Below are positions 52,655 to 64,000 of a stretch of 64,000 nucleotides of DNA, in pieces (within the stretch, counting starts at the first letter, position 1; each line of letters begins with the position of its first letter). The position numbers and the translations under genes were made by a program. Source of the DNA: Azolla caroliniana (lineage: Eukaryota; Plantae; Polypodiophyta); assembly GCA_043228905.1 (NCBI GenBank), contig JBHGNT010000005.1, positions 4,712,001 to 4,776,000 of the forward strand, written 5' to 3'. The notes beneath the pieces were generated by a model. That model searched no databases. It saw nothing but the letters and a program-made list of their open reading frames with translations, and was not told the DNA's origin.

Positions 52655-53005
52655 GAATGAAGGAAGGAAGGAAGGAAGGAAGGAAGAAAGAAAGAAAGAA
52701 CAGAGGATCTACAGACAGAGAAGAGTTGAGGCAGATGGTGATGAGAGGAGAACTTAGAAGGGGCAAAATAAAGAGACAGAGTGGCATGCAAAAAAACAAG
52801 GACAAGTGTATGGTGATAATCTCTTGGTTATTCAGGATTTACCCTAAATTTGGAGACCCAAACCATGGTTTTAGCAAAAACGACCTAAACCATGGTTTAG
52901 CAAAACAGCCTCAAAAAACCGCCCTTACCTTTCTCCCAAAAACAGGGCTTTTCCGCATCCCATGGGTTCGGTTGCTTGTCATAAAAGAATATTCCTTACA
53001 TACCT

Positions 53006-53008
<3 letters not shown>

Positions 53009-53059
<51 letters not shown>
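53009..53059. repeat. (CT)n/(GA)n microsatellite upstream of SAD copy 2
   Basis: Pure CT run seen directly. Confidence 0.95.
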
Positions 53060-53062
<3 letters not shown>

Positions 53063-55012
53063 CTTCTCTTTTTCGTGTTTGTTTTGTCCATGAGAGGTAC
53101 ACGATTGATTACCACCACATCTTCTTCCGGACAAGCCACGCTCGATCGACCTCTCTCTATAGTAGGTTGGGTTCCCGACCATGACTCACTTCTTCACCTT
53201 GCTCGGACTGGGGCAAGGGAATCGTATCGTGGCAATCGACCATTCTTGATTTAAAGCAAATCTTTGGCTCCTAAGATTGCGGTAGCTCCCCCAACATGAT
53301 ATTTGTCGTTTCCTATAATATATTTGCTTGTGGACCAATTCTTTAGATGGAAAGTAGATTTCCCTTCAACATGATTTTCATCCATTTGATGAGGGCCTCA
53401 TTTTCTTATCAGGTGTGTGGCGGGTGGGGCCTACAATTTCCGTTCAATGAATGTGTTGATTAGGAGGAGGTCACGTGGGAGGACTCTTGCTCGCCATAGG
53501 ATGTTGATAACAAGCTAGTTTGTCACCAAGCTAGTCTTCCAATCATTGGCTTTCATAATGTTTGGCGAGTGGGAGGAAAGTGAAACATTAACACATCAAA
53601 TGGAAGCTCATAGACAACCATAGTTAATTAATCATGTAATGTTCTTATGCTAGTTGCACATGCAATAGGCATTTTGGAACTCTCCTTGATAATCTCTCAC
53701 CTTCCTTTATCATCTTGCACTTTCCATCTCATTTCTCTACATTAGTAACCAAAGATGCCAACTCCCTACACAAAACATTAGATCCGATTACTTCGCCACT
53801 TTTCTTCTTTTCCTTATTTGTGCCATCATGATTAATACTTAATATGTTTCTCATTCTTGTATATTGCATTTTTTGAACGAAATGTTAGAATCAATTATGT
53901 GGGTTAATGTGGTTTTTAACAAATCATTGTAATGATAATCCATGTCCAAGTCTTGATTCGTGAATGATAATAGTATGGCCAATTTATAGCTAATTATATA
54001 GGCGTGACACTATATTGGCCTTTTGTGAAGCATTCAGTTTATTTTTTATTTTTCCAAAACAAATCTACTTCCACTAGTTAAGAAAAAGTACATAGGATAA
54101 TATATAACTCATATGTTACAAACCACTTTGCAATGGCTACAAGAAAACATCATGTATAAATGACGCAACAAAGCTTCGTCACAGAATTACTTGACAGACT
54201 CCCCTCAACATGAACCTCACACAACCCACATTCAGCAAAGACACCCTCCAATCTCTTCACAATTCAGCACCTACCTCTATGTTTGGTACCCTAGGAGGAA
54301 CTTGAATGTCATTCAAAAAGATAAATTAGGATAAGATTCTCATCTCCTTACTCCATCCCATATCAATATTCTCCTACTTTGTGATTTATGTCTAGTGGGC
54401 CTTTCACTTTTCATACTCATTTGTGGTTTGGGTTATCATATCCTAGAATCAACATTTGTACGTGCATTTTTGCTATGAAAATGTTCTTAGGAGATATCTC
54501 ACCTAGAACCCATATCGTGCATTGGAGCCTTTGAATCATGCAAAATATGTCCAATGTCCTTTTTGTTCCCGGTAAATGTTATTGTACTCAATAATGTGAA
54601 ATTCAACATTTGTATGCTACCTTAGAGGTTGTTAAACGTCATCCCTATCAAAATCTAGATTTTGCCTTGGAGGTCATTGAATTAAATAATTGGCCTTGCG
54701 TACCCACCATTTATGCACTATAATCATTCTTCAAACCATTTTTTATGCTCGATTCAAAGAGACTTGTTTGACATGAAGTCAAGTCTCAATCAAAAGAGTA
54801 GAATTTATAATCGAATGAGAACATCCATTGTTATTTATTCAAGCAATCTTTACATGACCTTGCAATTAACCTACTCATTCTTGAGTAGTATGTATCCTTG
54901 CACTAAATTCAATCCTTTGTGAAATGTTGATGGGAACATCAATAATGTGATGTTTTTCACAAAGTAATTTATTTTCTAAGTTCAAAGGTCTTGCAATCAT
55001 TTTTGCAACATC

Positions 55013-55045
<33 letters not shown>

Positions 55046-55049
<4 letters not shown>

Positions 55050-55473
55050 AAGAAAGAAAGAAAGAAATATTAACGTCTTCTAAGGCCAAAATTGGCCCAT
55101 GACACAATTGGTTTACAACAAAAATGGGGTATTTACCCATTCATTGAAAGAAAAATTTTATAAAATTTTTATAAAAAATAGAGCTTAAGCTAAATGGTTC
55201 TAGTAAAAAAACATGTTCTATAAGGAAATGGCTTTATACTAGGCCTAGTTTCATTTCCATCCAAGTCTCTTGAGAAGAAGCGGGAGGTCAAAGGGTTTCG
55301 ATGTGTATGTGGCATGTGGTCCCAATGTAAGAGGTGCCCCAACCATAGCTTCTAGACGGCGTAACTCACGTTCCCTTATCTTCTTAATCATTTCTACTCC
55401 GCGTCAAGTTGCTTTGAAGCCCAACATCCGAGGGTGTTTGGTTGTTCTTTGCATTTTTGCTTCATCCGAGGCA
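55046..55473 (-). mobile_element. Short 3'-end copy of the same LINE family as 4163-5900, flanked by (GA)n on both sides
   Basis: The reverse complement aligns with about 5480-5900 (MQRTTKH.RMLG.K...[14 protein letters not shown] and the 3' UTR ...GGCCTTAGAAGACGTTAATAT). (AG)n at about 55015-55045 and 55473-55497. Confidence 0.9.
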
Positions 55474-57824
55474 GAGAGAGAGAGAGAGAGAGAGAGAATG
55501 TTGTTCGATGGAGACCTAATGGTTATGGGTTGTCTCGTACATTTTATAATGTCATTTGAATATGAATGTCGATGTATATAAAACATGGCTTATCACCAAG
55601 ACATGTCCTAAATAAGAGACACACCTAGGTTGGAAGGTAAGTAATCGTGATTAAGTATAATGGTAGATCTTGAAACATAGTTGGCATTGTAAATTGCCAC
55701 TTCTAGCAAGTCTTTCAATTGGAGGTTTTCCTTTGGGATTAGCTCTACATAGACACAGACTAACAACAAGCAATGGCTTCTTTTGCAAGGTGGAAGATAG
55801 TACTCATCATTGCATACAATGTCCAATTGCTTGTTGAATTTGGAGTTACATTTCTTAGATTGGGCAAGTTTTATTATGTTGTTATTTGGTGCCGAGATAG
55901 TGGGTATTTGCAAAATTCACACAGGTCGATCCAAAACCAAAGATGGAGATTATTTTCCTATTGCTGAGACATTAGGGTTTGTGTAATAATAGGGATCTAC
56001 AAAATGTTGTTGTATTTGATGGTAGGCATGAAGTTAGACCATATCTACGAAAGTTAAAGGGAATTTTGATGTGGTGCTTTTGTATTGGTACAATTGTCCA
56101 TTCGAGACTATAAGGTTTATTCTATACCCCTACATTCTCCTCTGCCAACTAATTTATGTGTATAGATGGAGATTTATAACAAAAGTCTTGTCTATCGAGA
56201 GTTAAGTGATTAATCTTATTTCCATTTTATTTCAAATTAAGTGGTTTAACTTCATTCAATCTAATGAAACAAGAACACAAAGGGATTGTACTAAAATGTT
56301 TCGATATTAACTATTTCAATCAATATAAAAATTGTGTAGATTGTACTAAAATGTGAAGCATGGATGGTTTCAAAACAACATCATTAGGACATCAATGGAG
56401 TAGTGCATTGTGAGATATGAATGCCAATCATGAATTACGTGTTGGGAGTCTCCTTCATTTGTCTTGAAGTTTTAGTTAACATCAAATCCATTTCCTTCAA
56501 TGAATCGTTGATGATTAACATTTGAAATTAATGATAACGATAAAAAAGCCGCATGTGTGTGAAAACACCATGATCACCAATCACCCTACGCATATTTCTA
56601 TTAGATGAAAAGTTTATGTTCATTGTCATGAATGCGGTCATATATCTTGTACTTACGTCATTGTCACTTTGTGAATACAAACTTTACAACCTAGGAGAGA
56701 GATGGTGTAGGAACATAATATGAACATTATTATGTCATTGGTCATGTTTTACAAGCAAAACATTTATACCCTAACATAGACAAACACAACAAGACAAAGT
56801 TAGCGGGGCCTAAGGGGAGAATTGAAGTTTGCATCAAATACTTACAAAGTGTATGAACTATAATGTGAAAGAAGATGACACACATACACTTTCTACTTTG
56901 TCAATGTAGTTCTATGCACTTATTCAAGGCTAGAAGCAATCCACATTTCTTTTGGTTCTGACGAGGATCACACCAATTAGTATTCCATGCTACGAATGTT
57001 GGAAAAGAGGTAAACTAAACACATAGCATTGAAGATGAAAGTTGCGCTGAGTGAAGTTACACTTTATTGAAAAATAGCATAATGTTGTCAACAAAGGGGA
57101 TTGATAAAGCCAGATAGCATTGGAGCCTTTATATTTATTGACTACTTACCACCTTTCGGGCTCATTTCATTCATTTAGGGAAGAAAAATCCCCCTGATGT
57201 ATCTCAAAATGGATTTGACAATGATAGATACCAAAAACATTTAACATGATATTGTGGTACATGTGCATTTCACAATATGATTTTGAAATACCACTAGAGA
57301 CTGAGTGTGAATGTGCAATGCAAAAGCATTTCCTTTCGACATTACAAAGGAAACTTTCAATGATTTATTTTAAATACATAAGCATGATAATGTAGTGAGG
57401 CAAGTTTTAAGATACTAATTGCTAATTCCAAACCAAATTAAACATGATGGTCAAGATAATTAAGGGCATATTTGGTTGCCGAGGATGTTGGCTTCAAAGA
57501 AAAAACTATGCCCCTTGATGGGAAAAATGTTGTGGATGTGGAATTCACCGATGATACAAGATTGTGTCTAGATGGTCCAACTTACTATTTTGAAACAAAT
57601 GTACACATCATTGCAAATCTTTTGTACGGCTTCAAGTGCATCAATTACTTGAAAATGTGAAATGAATGAGTTTTTTTAGTGGCATTTGAATCTTGTCCAC
57701 AATGGTTTCCACATCGAAGTTAGATATTTGGGATGCCAAGTAGGTTTCAATATTTCATTTGAAATTCAGGCTGCTCCTTTCTTATTGACAATTAGGAAAA
57801 TTTTGTTAGTTTGGAGTAAATCTA

Positions 57825-58180
57825 TGTTAGGATCGTGATCGGCCACAATTGGTTTCACTTCGAACGTTCAGGTGCCAAGAACAACAAAGACAGAGCACAG
57901 ACAGAAAAACAAGTACAAAGATCTTTTACATGGAAAACCCGAGAAAGGGAAAAACCACGGGAGTCCTCGAACTCCGAACTAGATCACTATATGGGGAGGA
58001 GTACAACAAGATGCTCTTAGGCAACAACCTTGAGTTGTCCTTCATCAGATAGACGGTTGTAGAGTTACTCACTCTCACTCACTCTCTCACACAGTTACTG
58101 AGGCAACTACTCACTGTAACTTGTTACAACAATTATTCAACCACATATCTAACTACTTGCCCTAAGTGTATATATAGGAA
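57825..58180 (-). mobile_element. Copia-type LTR fragment or solo LTR in reverse orientation
   Basis: Starts TGTTAG and contains TGGAAAACCC...GGGAAAAACCACGGG, the reverse complement of the CCCGTGGTTTTTCCC...GGGTTTTCCA motif also present in the copia LTR at about 62684-62714. TATA-like CTATATATA on the minus strand near 58170. The other end and TSD were not found. Confidence 0.65.
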
Positions 58181-58947
58181 TGGGCTATTTGCCCCTCCCC
58201 CCCCCCCCAAAAAAAAGAAACCTTTTTTGGCCCCCTAAAAAAATAACTTTTTGGCCCCTCTATTTGGTTAAACCACCCCCCCCCCCCCCCTTCCCCCCAC
58301 AAACCCATTTTGGCCCCCCCAAACCCATTTTCGTTCCCCTCCCCCAACAGAAAAACATTCTTTGATATAGCTTGGCTCCTCCCCCTCCCTCACCCAAAAA
58401 AAAACATTTTGATAGCTCTCTCTCCCTCACCAAAAAAAAAACATTTTGATAGCTCTCCTCTTTCTTCTCACAGTGAATATTGCTAAACAAAACTGAAATA
58501 TAAGTGACAAAAGATGGTGAATGATGAACATGTTATCAAATGATACAGAAGACATGAATTTGCATTGGCATATTATTAACATCACATTATTGTAAGGGGA
58601 AAATTAGAATATGGTTTACAATAAGAGATTCATGCGAAACACAAGCCATCATGTTTGAGATATTACAGATTCCTAGAAATTCATTTAACCAATGGAGACC
58701 TTAAGATGGCCACAAAATGAGATATTCAAGATCGATCAAAACATCATGTAACCAATTGAGGTTCTATGGGGCTGAGATGCCCTCTTTTCCTTGATTTCTA
58801 AAAACATGCTTCACATCAAAACTTAACCACTGGTTTAAGATCTATCTATCATCTTCTCTTCTCTAAGACATCTCTAAGACTCTCCTTTGATCTTGATGTG
58901 TTCTTCTTCTTCCTCTTCCCTCATTTGTTGCCTGTTTTGGTGGATCC

Positions 58948-59214
58948 ATGGCAGAAACCCATATAGTGATCAATAAGACCAATAATCATAAGAATCATGA
59001 TGAGGAATTCCTTCCTTCCCCGAGCTCCAGCACCCGGGCGGGGCCCGCTCCTCCTCTTCCTCCCCTTCCCGAAGTAGCCTCGACCTCCACGTCATCTTCA
59101 TCATGGCAGCTCTCCTCTTTCTTCTCCTCACTATCCTCGCTCTTCACTTCGCCATCAGTTGCTGCCTCCACCGCTGCTTCCCTACCCACACCTCCTCCTC
59201 CTCCTCCTCCTCAA
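58948..59214 (+). CDS. Probable first coding exon of an unidentified gene (Ser/Pro-rich N-terminus)
   Basis: ATGG start after a CT-rich leader and a GC-rich 90-codon ORF (MAETHIVINK...PPPPPPPQ), followed by AT-rich intron-like DNA. No recognisable domain, and downstream exons were not identified. Confidence 0.4.
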
Positions 59215-60189
59215 GTTTAAGTCAAAGTCAAACATCTTGTTTACCCCTAAAACCACAAAACAAACTTCTTGATATTCTTCATTCATTTGTAAAACCTTGC
59301 ATGTTGATAGCAATTTAAGGTTGGGTGGGAAACTTACTTGGTCTTTAAAGGTGGATTTGATAGATATGATGAAGAGTCAATGTCCTAAACCCCAAATACC
59401 TTGGTTCATTTGATCCTACAATTACAAAGAGGGGGAGAAAAACATCAAAAACAATATTTTGTTATCACTTAGGTTCATTCTATGTATGTGTGCTCACATT
59501 CGAGCCCTCTGGAATTTAGAGTGTAAATGAGAAAAATATCTTATTTAAATGGGATTTATGCATGTATCGAAATGTCTGCATCTGGGGGCATACATTGTAT
59601 ATAATTTCATAACTTTTAGCTATATATATGTATCTTAATGTACATATCTAATAGTAGATGACTCTGCAATAAGCTATGGCAGGGCCTCAATGTATGTATC
59701 TACGGTCGTCCATACCAAATTTATGTATCCACGTATGTTAGCGTCAAATGTCTGGCACATGCCAGGGCTTGTGAATGTGTGTATCCTCTGTTGTATGAAG
59801 CAGCTTATAAGAGAGAAAAAATGTCTCACGGTATGTATACACATATGTTGGCCTGCTAGATGTTGTGAGCTAATTAGCCAACATCAGATTTGGCATTTTG
59901 TTGCACACTGAAACATTTCAGCCATAATCCTAGTGATAATGATGTAATTAATCTCTTGTAGAAATAACACTCACTATACATCAACACTCAGACTTTCAAC
60001 ATATATAATCACCTTAATCCTAGTGATAATGATTTATCTCTTGTAGAAATAGCACTCACTAATTAAAATGGAAAGAATAAACAGAAATATACCTAATTTC
60101 TTACTGGTCGTTCGTGAACTCCGCCTGTTGTTCCACCAAGATGTTGAAATTGGAGGCTGAGGAAGCACGTAGAGGAAGCCCGCAATGGA

Positions 60190-60227
<38 letters not shown>

Positions 60228-61960
60228 ACGCAGCACACAGAGACAGAGATGGAGCACGTAGAGAAACACAGAGACAGAGAAACACAGAGACAAAGCATAC
60301 ACGTTCAAAAATTCCCCCCCCCAAATGTTTTCTCTCTCCTATTATTCACTTTTTTGTTTTATTTTTATTTTCTTATTTATTTTCTTTTCCTTTTTTTAGA
60401 TCTAAAATAATTGGACGGCCCCGATCATCTAGGATTCCCGAGACGAGTTTAGAGCCGTCCAAGGCCTAGATTCACGGGCTCTCACTATTTATTATTTCTG
60501 TATCAAATAGTGACCAGGTACAGAGAGTTGTGTAACTTGATGCTGACTAAAAGCCATATTGTTAAGAAGTAGAAACCAGTACTCCTGAGTCCTTAGAGTT
60601 GGCTTTCTCATCACCTCAATCTACCAAGTCGAATGAGCTGACTTTGTTATGTAAATATTGGCCACCGAACATTATGGAAATATATTTTTCTGAGCATAAT
60701 TAATATATTGTTTGTCATAGAGAAACATGTTTCTGGTGATTAGCACTTTCTTTGGTCTTCATACTCCTCACTTGTAGTTCCTTATACTCATGTTGTTAAT
60801 GTACTTCATCCTGTAATCAGTCATGTTGTAATTATTAGGGTGCTAGATGAGGTACCTAAAAGCATGCTTCAAATATTTCTCAATTGTTTGATTGAGGAGT
60901 TCAGTGTAACTAAGATTATTCGAATTTAATTGTTTGATGGAAGACTTTTACTGTTGGATTTTCAACGAGTCTTGATTGAGTGTAGTGTTGTGACATTTTC
61001 CTAAACCAAACTTGTTGATGCAAGTGCAATCGACCTTACTTCAATCCAATTTCACAAGAGAACAGGAATCATTCAGTCTTCAATCAAGGTTATTATCTTA
61101 GAAGTGAAAATGGAGGTTGTAGAAGATTAGTAGAATAATGAGAACAATGATAAAGTAACATAAGAAACTAGATTGGAAACATTCTTGTTAAGACAACCAT
61201 ATATCTATGTACACTATTATGAAGTATTGTTAACAACTTGTCTAGTTTGATGTTTTTGGGTCTCATTGTGCATGTTTTTGCCCAATAATTGTGTCTTCTT
61301 GGATTACAGTAATTATTGTGATCAACTTATCTAGTTTGATGTTTCTGGGTCTCATTGTGTCTTATATTTTTGCTGCCTAATAATTGTGTCTTCTTCCATA
61401 GAATGTAATATTCACATTAGTCAGTTCAAAAATTCGTTTTCCATACGTCAAATGTGTGTATTATGAGAACATATTAATGTTTTTTATTTACTTTTCGTTT
61501 TTTTTAGCTCACTTTCTTGTCTTTATTCTCTTTAATGAATTCAAATATTCACTGCGTAATTGTTTTCTAATAGCAGATCTGATCAAATAGTTACATATTG
61601 TGGACTCCTCCCAAATAGCAATGCAGGTTGCTTCGGGGCAAATTGTGTGGCCAAATTGCCAATGCCGCTGAAGCAAAAGGATATATAAAGCCTTTGGAGT
61701 TAGTGATGCCCATCTTGAGCTAAGAGTACATTGCTTTGGTTGGAGGACAAACATATACACCTGTGAAGACATAGAATGAATGCGGGTTTGGCAGGTCCAC
61801 AAACAGTAGAGAGTAGACTTGTGGTGGGCTATTAAAAATGAAAAGTCGAGGACATGTTATGGTTTGTGATAATGAAATGTCAAAAAATGTCGAGGACATG
61901 TAGGAAGAAATTGCTACGGATATATAAGGAGTATAATAATGATGATGAGAATGCACTACT

Positions 61961-62039
61961 TGTTGGGGCTTGTCCACTCAAGTGGAGCCCACAACATTAA
62001 GTGGGTTGAACGCTGAATAGACTTAGTACTAATTAGTTG

Positions 62040-62092
<53 letters not shown>

Positions 62093-62828
62093 GTATGTCT
62101 CCCTTTTTCCTTTTTGTATGTTTTTTTGGGCATGTGTCTTTTGTGTGTGAGAGTGTGAACACAGGTTTGTAGACGTTGGACAAAGAAAAGAAGAAAAGGA
62201 AAAAGGAGGGACAGCGTGACAAGTTTTTTAGAGAGAAAAACAGAGAGCGAAAAACAGGTTTTCAGAGAGAAAAATAGAGAGCAAAAAAACAGAGAGTGAA
62301 AAACAGAGCGCGGAGTGAACGGAACTAAGGCTGAAAAACAGAGTTTCGAGAAGAAGAGGCGTATGAGAAAAACACAACAAAGCTTCTGCAAGAAAACAGA
62401 AACAAGTGAGCGAGAACTCGTTGCAAGTGTAAAGACGGAGATCTAGCGAGGTGCTGTCTGGACTACCCAAAAGAGTCACAACAACTCTTCTGTCCACTTG
62501 TAACAGGTTTATTTGCTATGTGTTTTTGGTTATGTTTCTGTTGTTTATCCTATCTAGTAGGGTGAATATTGTATCCAAGGCGGTAGCCTAGAAATATATG
62601 CGCATATCTCTACAGTAAGCTTTAGAGGTTATCAACACCTTGTATACTTAGAAAGTAGTGAATTTCTTTCAGAACCTAAAGTTCCCGTGGTTTTTCCCAA
62701 TTTTGGGTTTTCCACGTTAAATCTCGGTGTACTCTCTCATTTCTTCTTGTGGTTTCATCCATTGTTTATTAAGTGTGAATTGTGTTTGAAAGTTTAAATT
62801 ATCCCGATTCCGCTCCATATTCCCAATA
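61961..62828 (+). repeat. 5' LTR of a Ty1/copia element (868 bp)
   Basis: TGTTGGG...CCCAATA (terminal CA probably mutated to TA), directly followed by the PBS. Contains a (TA)n run at about 62045-62080. Confidence 0.85.
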
Positions 62829-62830
62829 AG

Positions 62831-62842
62831 TGGTATCAGAGC
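62831..62842 (+). other. Primer binding site for initiator tRNA-Met
   Basis: TGGTATCAGAGC lies 2 nt after the LTR. Confidence 0.93.
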
Positions 62843-63923
62843 AGAGGTTCATACCTCCGCAAAGACTTGGAATATGGATGAATCATTAGGTGGGATGATT
62901 AAACTGATGGGATCCAACTACCCCATTTGGAAGTCCAAAATGAGGGACATGTTGGTATGTAAGGACATGTGGTTGCTCGTACTACATGGTACGAGCAAAC
63001 CCAAGAACATAGATACACTAACCTGGGATGCCATGCATCTAAAGACATCTGCATACATCCGATGTTTTATAGACAGGAGTCTATATAACAATTTCTGTGA
63101 TGAAACCAAAGCACACGAGTTATGGAGAAAAATCGAGAGTATGTTTCAGCCAAAAAATGCTTTGAATATCTAGTCTCCGTGTTTAGGAAACTTGTAAGAC
63201 TTAGGTATCAACATGGCTCCAGTATGGCAGAGCATCTTAATACGTTTCAAGGACTTATAAGTAAAACTGTCTCTCCAGATATACCTCTAGCAAATGAGGT
63301 GTTGACCTTGTTATTGTTAGGCTCTCTCCCAAATAGTTGGGAAACCCTTGTTGTGACGCTTGGGAATGCAACGCAACAAAAGGACCTAACATTGGACATG
63401 CTTAAGTCGAATCTTCTACATGAAGAAGCACGACGAAAGGAGCAGGACTCCAACTTTGACCATAAAGCCTTAGTCATAGAAAACAACTCCTCTAGAGGAA
63501 GAAACCATGTTAGGGGTCCACAAAATCATAGAAACAATTCTAAGGGGAGGTCAAAGTCTAGAAGTAGAAAAGACTTCAAGAAAGATTTTTCATGTTGTTA
63601 TTGTAGTGGTCCAAACCATTATGAGAGAGATTATTGGAAGAAAAAGAAAGACCAAAAGAAAGGAACCACCGATAATAAGAGCAATGACCTCACTACAGCC
63701 ACTTGTGATGGCGACATTGTCATTGCTTGTGATGACGCGTGTGTTAGCTTAGCATGCCAACAAACTGATTGGATTATTGACTCGGGAGCCTCGTATCACA
63801 TCACTCCATACCGAGAGATGTTCTCGTCACATGCCGGTGGTGACTTTGGCAAAGTAGAAATGGCTAACCACGGCATAACAAAGGTTGTTGGCATAGGAAA
63901 TATAATTCTAACCACAAACACGG

Positions 63924-64000
63924 TGTCGTGAAGATTTTCGTCCATAGGCGGAAACTGGGGTGGAAGGGGCAAGTCGGTGGTGTGCAACATGTGCACATGT
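63924..64000. mobile_element. Probable start of a nested insertion (LTR-like TG start) interrupting the copia protease region
   Basis: Copia coding similarity stops abruptly after ILTTNT, and unrelated sequence begins TGTCGTG. Only 77 bp are visible. Confidence 0.5.

Larger units (their letters stand above)
61961..63923 (+). mobile_element. Ty1/copia retrotransposon (Tnt1/Tork-like), 5' portion: LTR, PBS, frameshifted gag and protease
   Basis: Gag from 62874 (GSNYPIWKSKMRDML, LLLGSLPNSWETLV), a degenerate knuckle CCYCSGPNHYERDY and protease WIIDSGASYHIT. Frameshift near 63170. Confidence 0.93.

Noticed and set aside
52461-53184. Several ORFs with SLSLSL, ERERER or EEEE tracts (also 60034-60469 and 62029-62497)
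   Set aside because: They are translations of microsatellites and low-complexity UTR or LTR sequence.
58190-58460. Unusual run of C, A and T homopolymers (G-quadruplex-like on the minus strand; ORFs 58162-58490)
   Set aside because: Looks like low-quality consensus with inflated homopolymers inside an LTR remnant. It needs raw reads before any biological reading.

Overview
AT-rich plant nuclear DNA. A fern or other non-flowering vascular plant is my inference from the PLS-PPR debris and the retroelement types. Five apparently intact genes sit in a transposon-rich background: a CASP-like protein (CASPL5 type, 3 coding exons, minus), a secreted Gly/Tyr-rich protein with a split 8-Cys domain (minus), a 5-exon legumin/11S-like bicupin with RY and ABRE promoter motifs (minus), and two tail-to-tail stearoyl-ACP desaturase paralogues. 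There is also a probable orphan first exon near 59 kb. Mobile DNA includes a complete 10.4-kb non-chromovirus Ty3/gypsy element (457-bp LTRs, 8 mismatches, GGAAA TSD) carrying a large extra ORF, the 5' part of a Ty1/copia element with a probable nested insertion, a solo LTR, a hAT-type and a Mutator-type non-autonomous element, and several LINE remnants, two of which sit inside (CT)n microsatellites. The most unusual signal is in the gypsy element. Where a polypurine tract should precede the 3' LTR there is instead a sense-strand tRNA-Arg-like 3' half that is complementary to the element's own PBS, and the U5 end of the LTR is copied internally at the end of pol. All coordinates and alignments were done by eye without tools.
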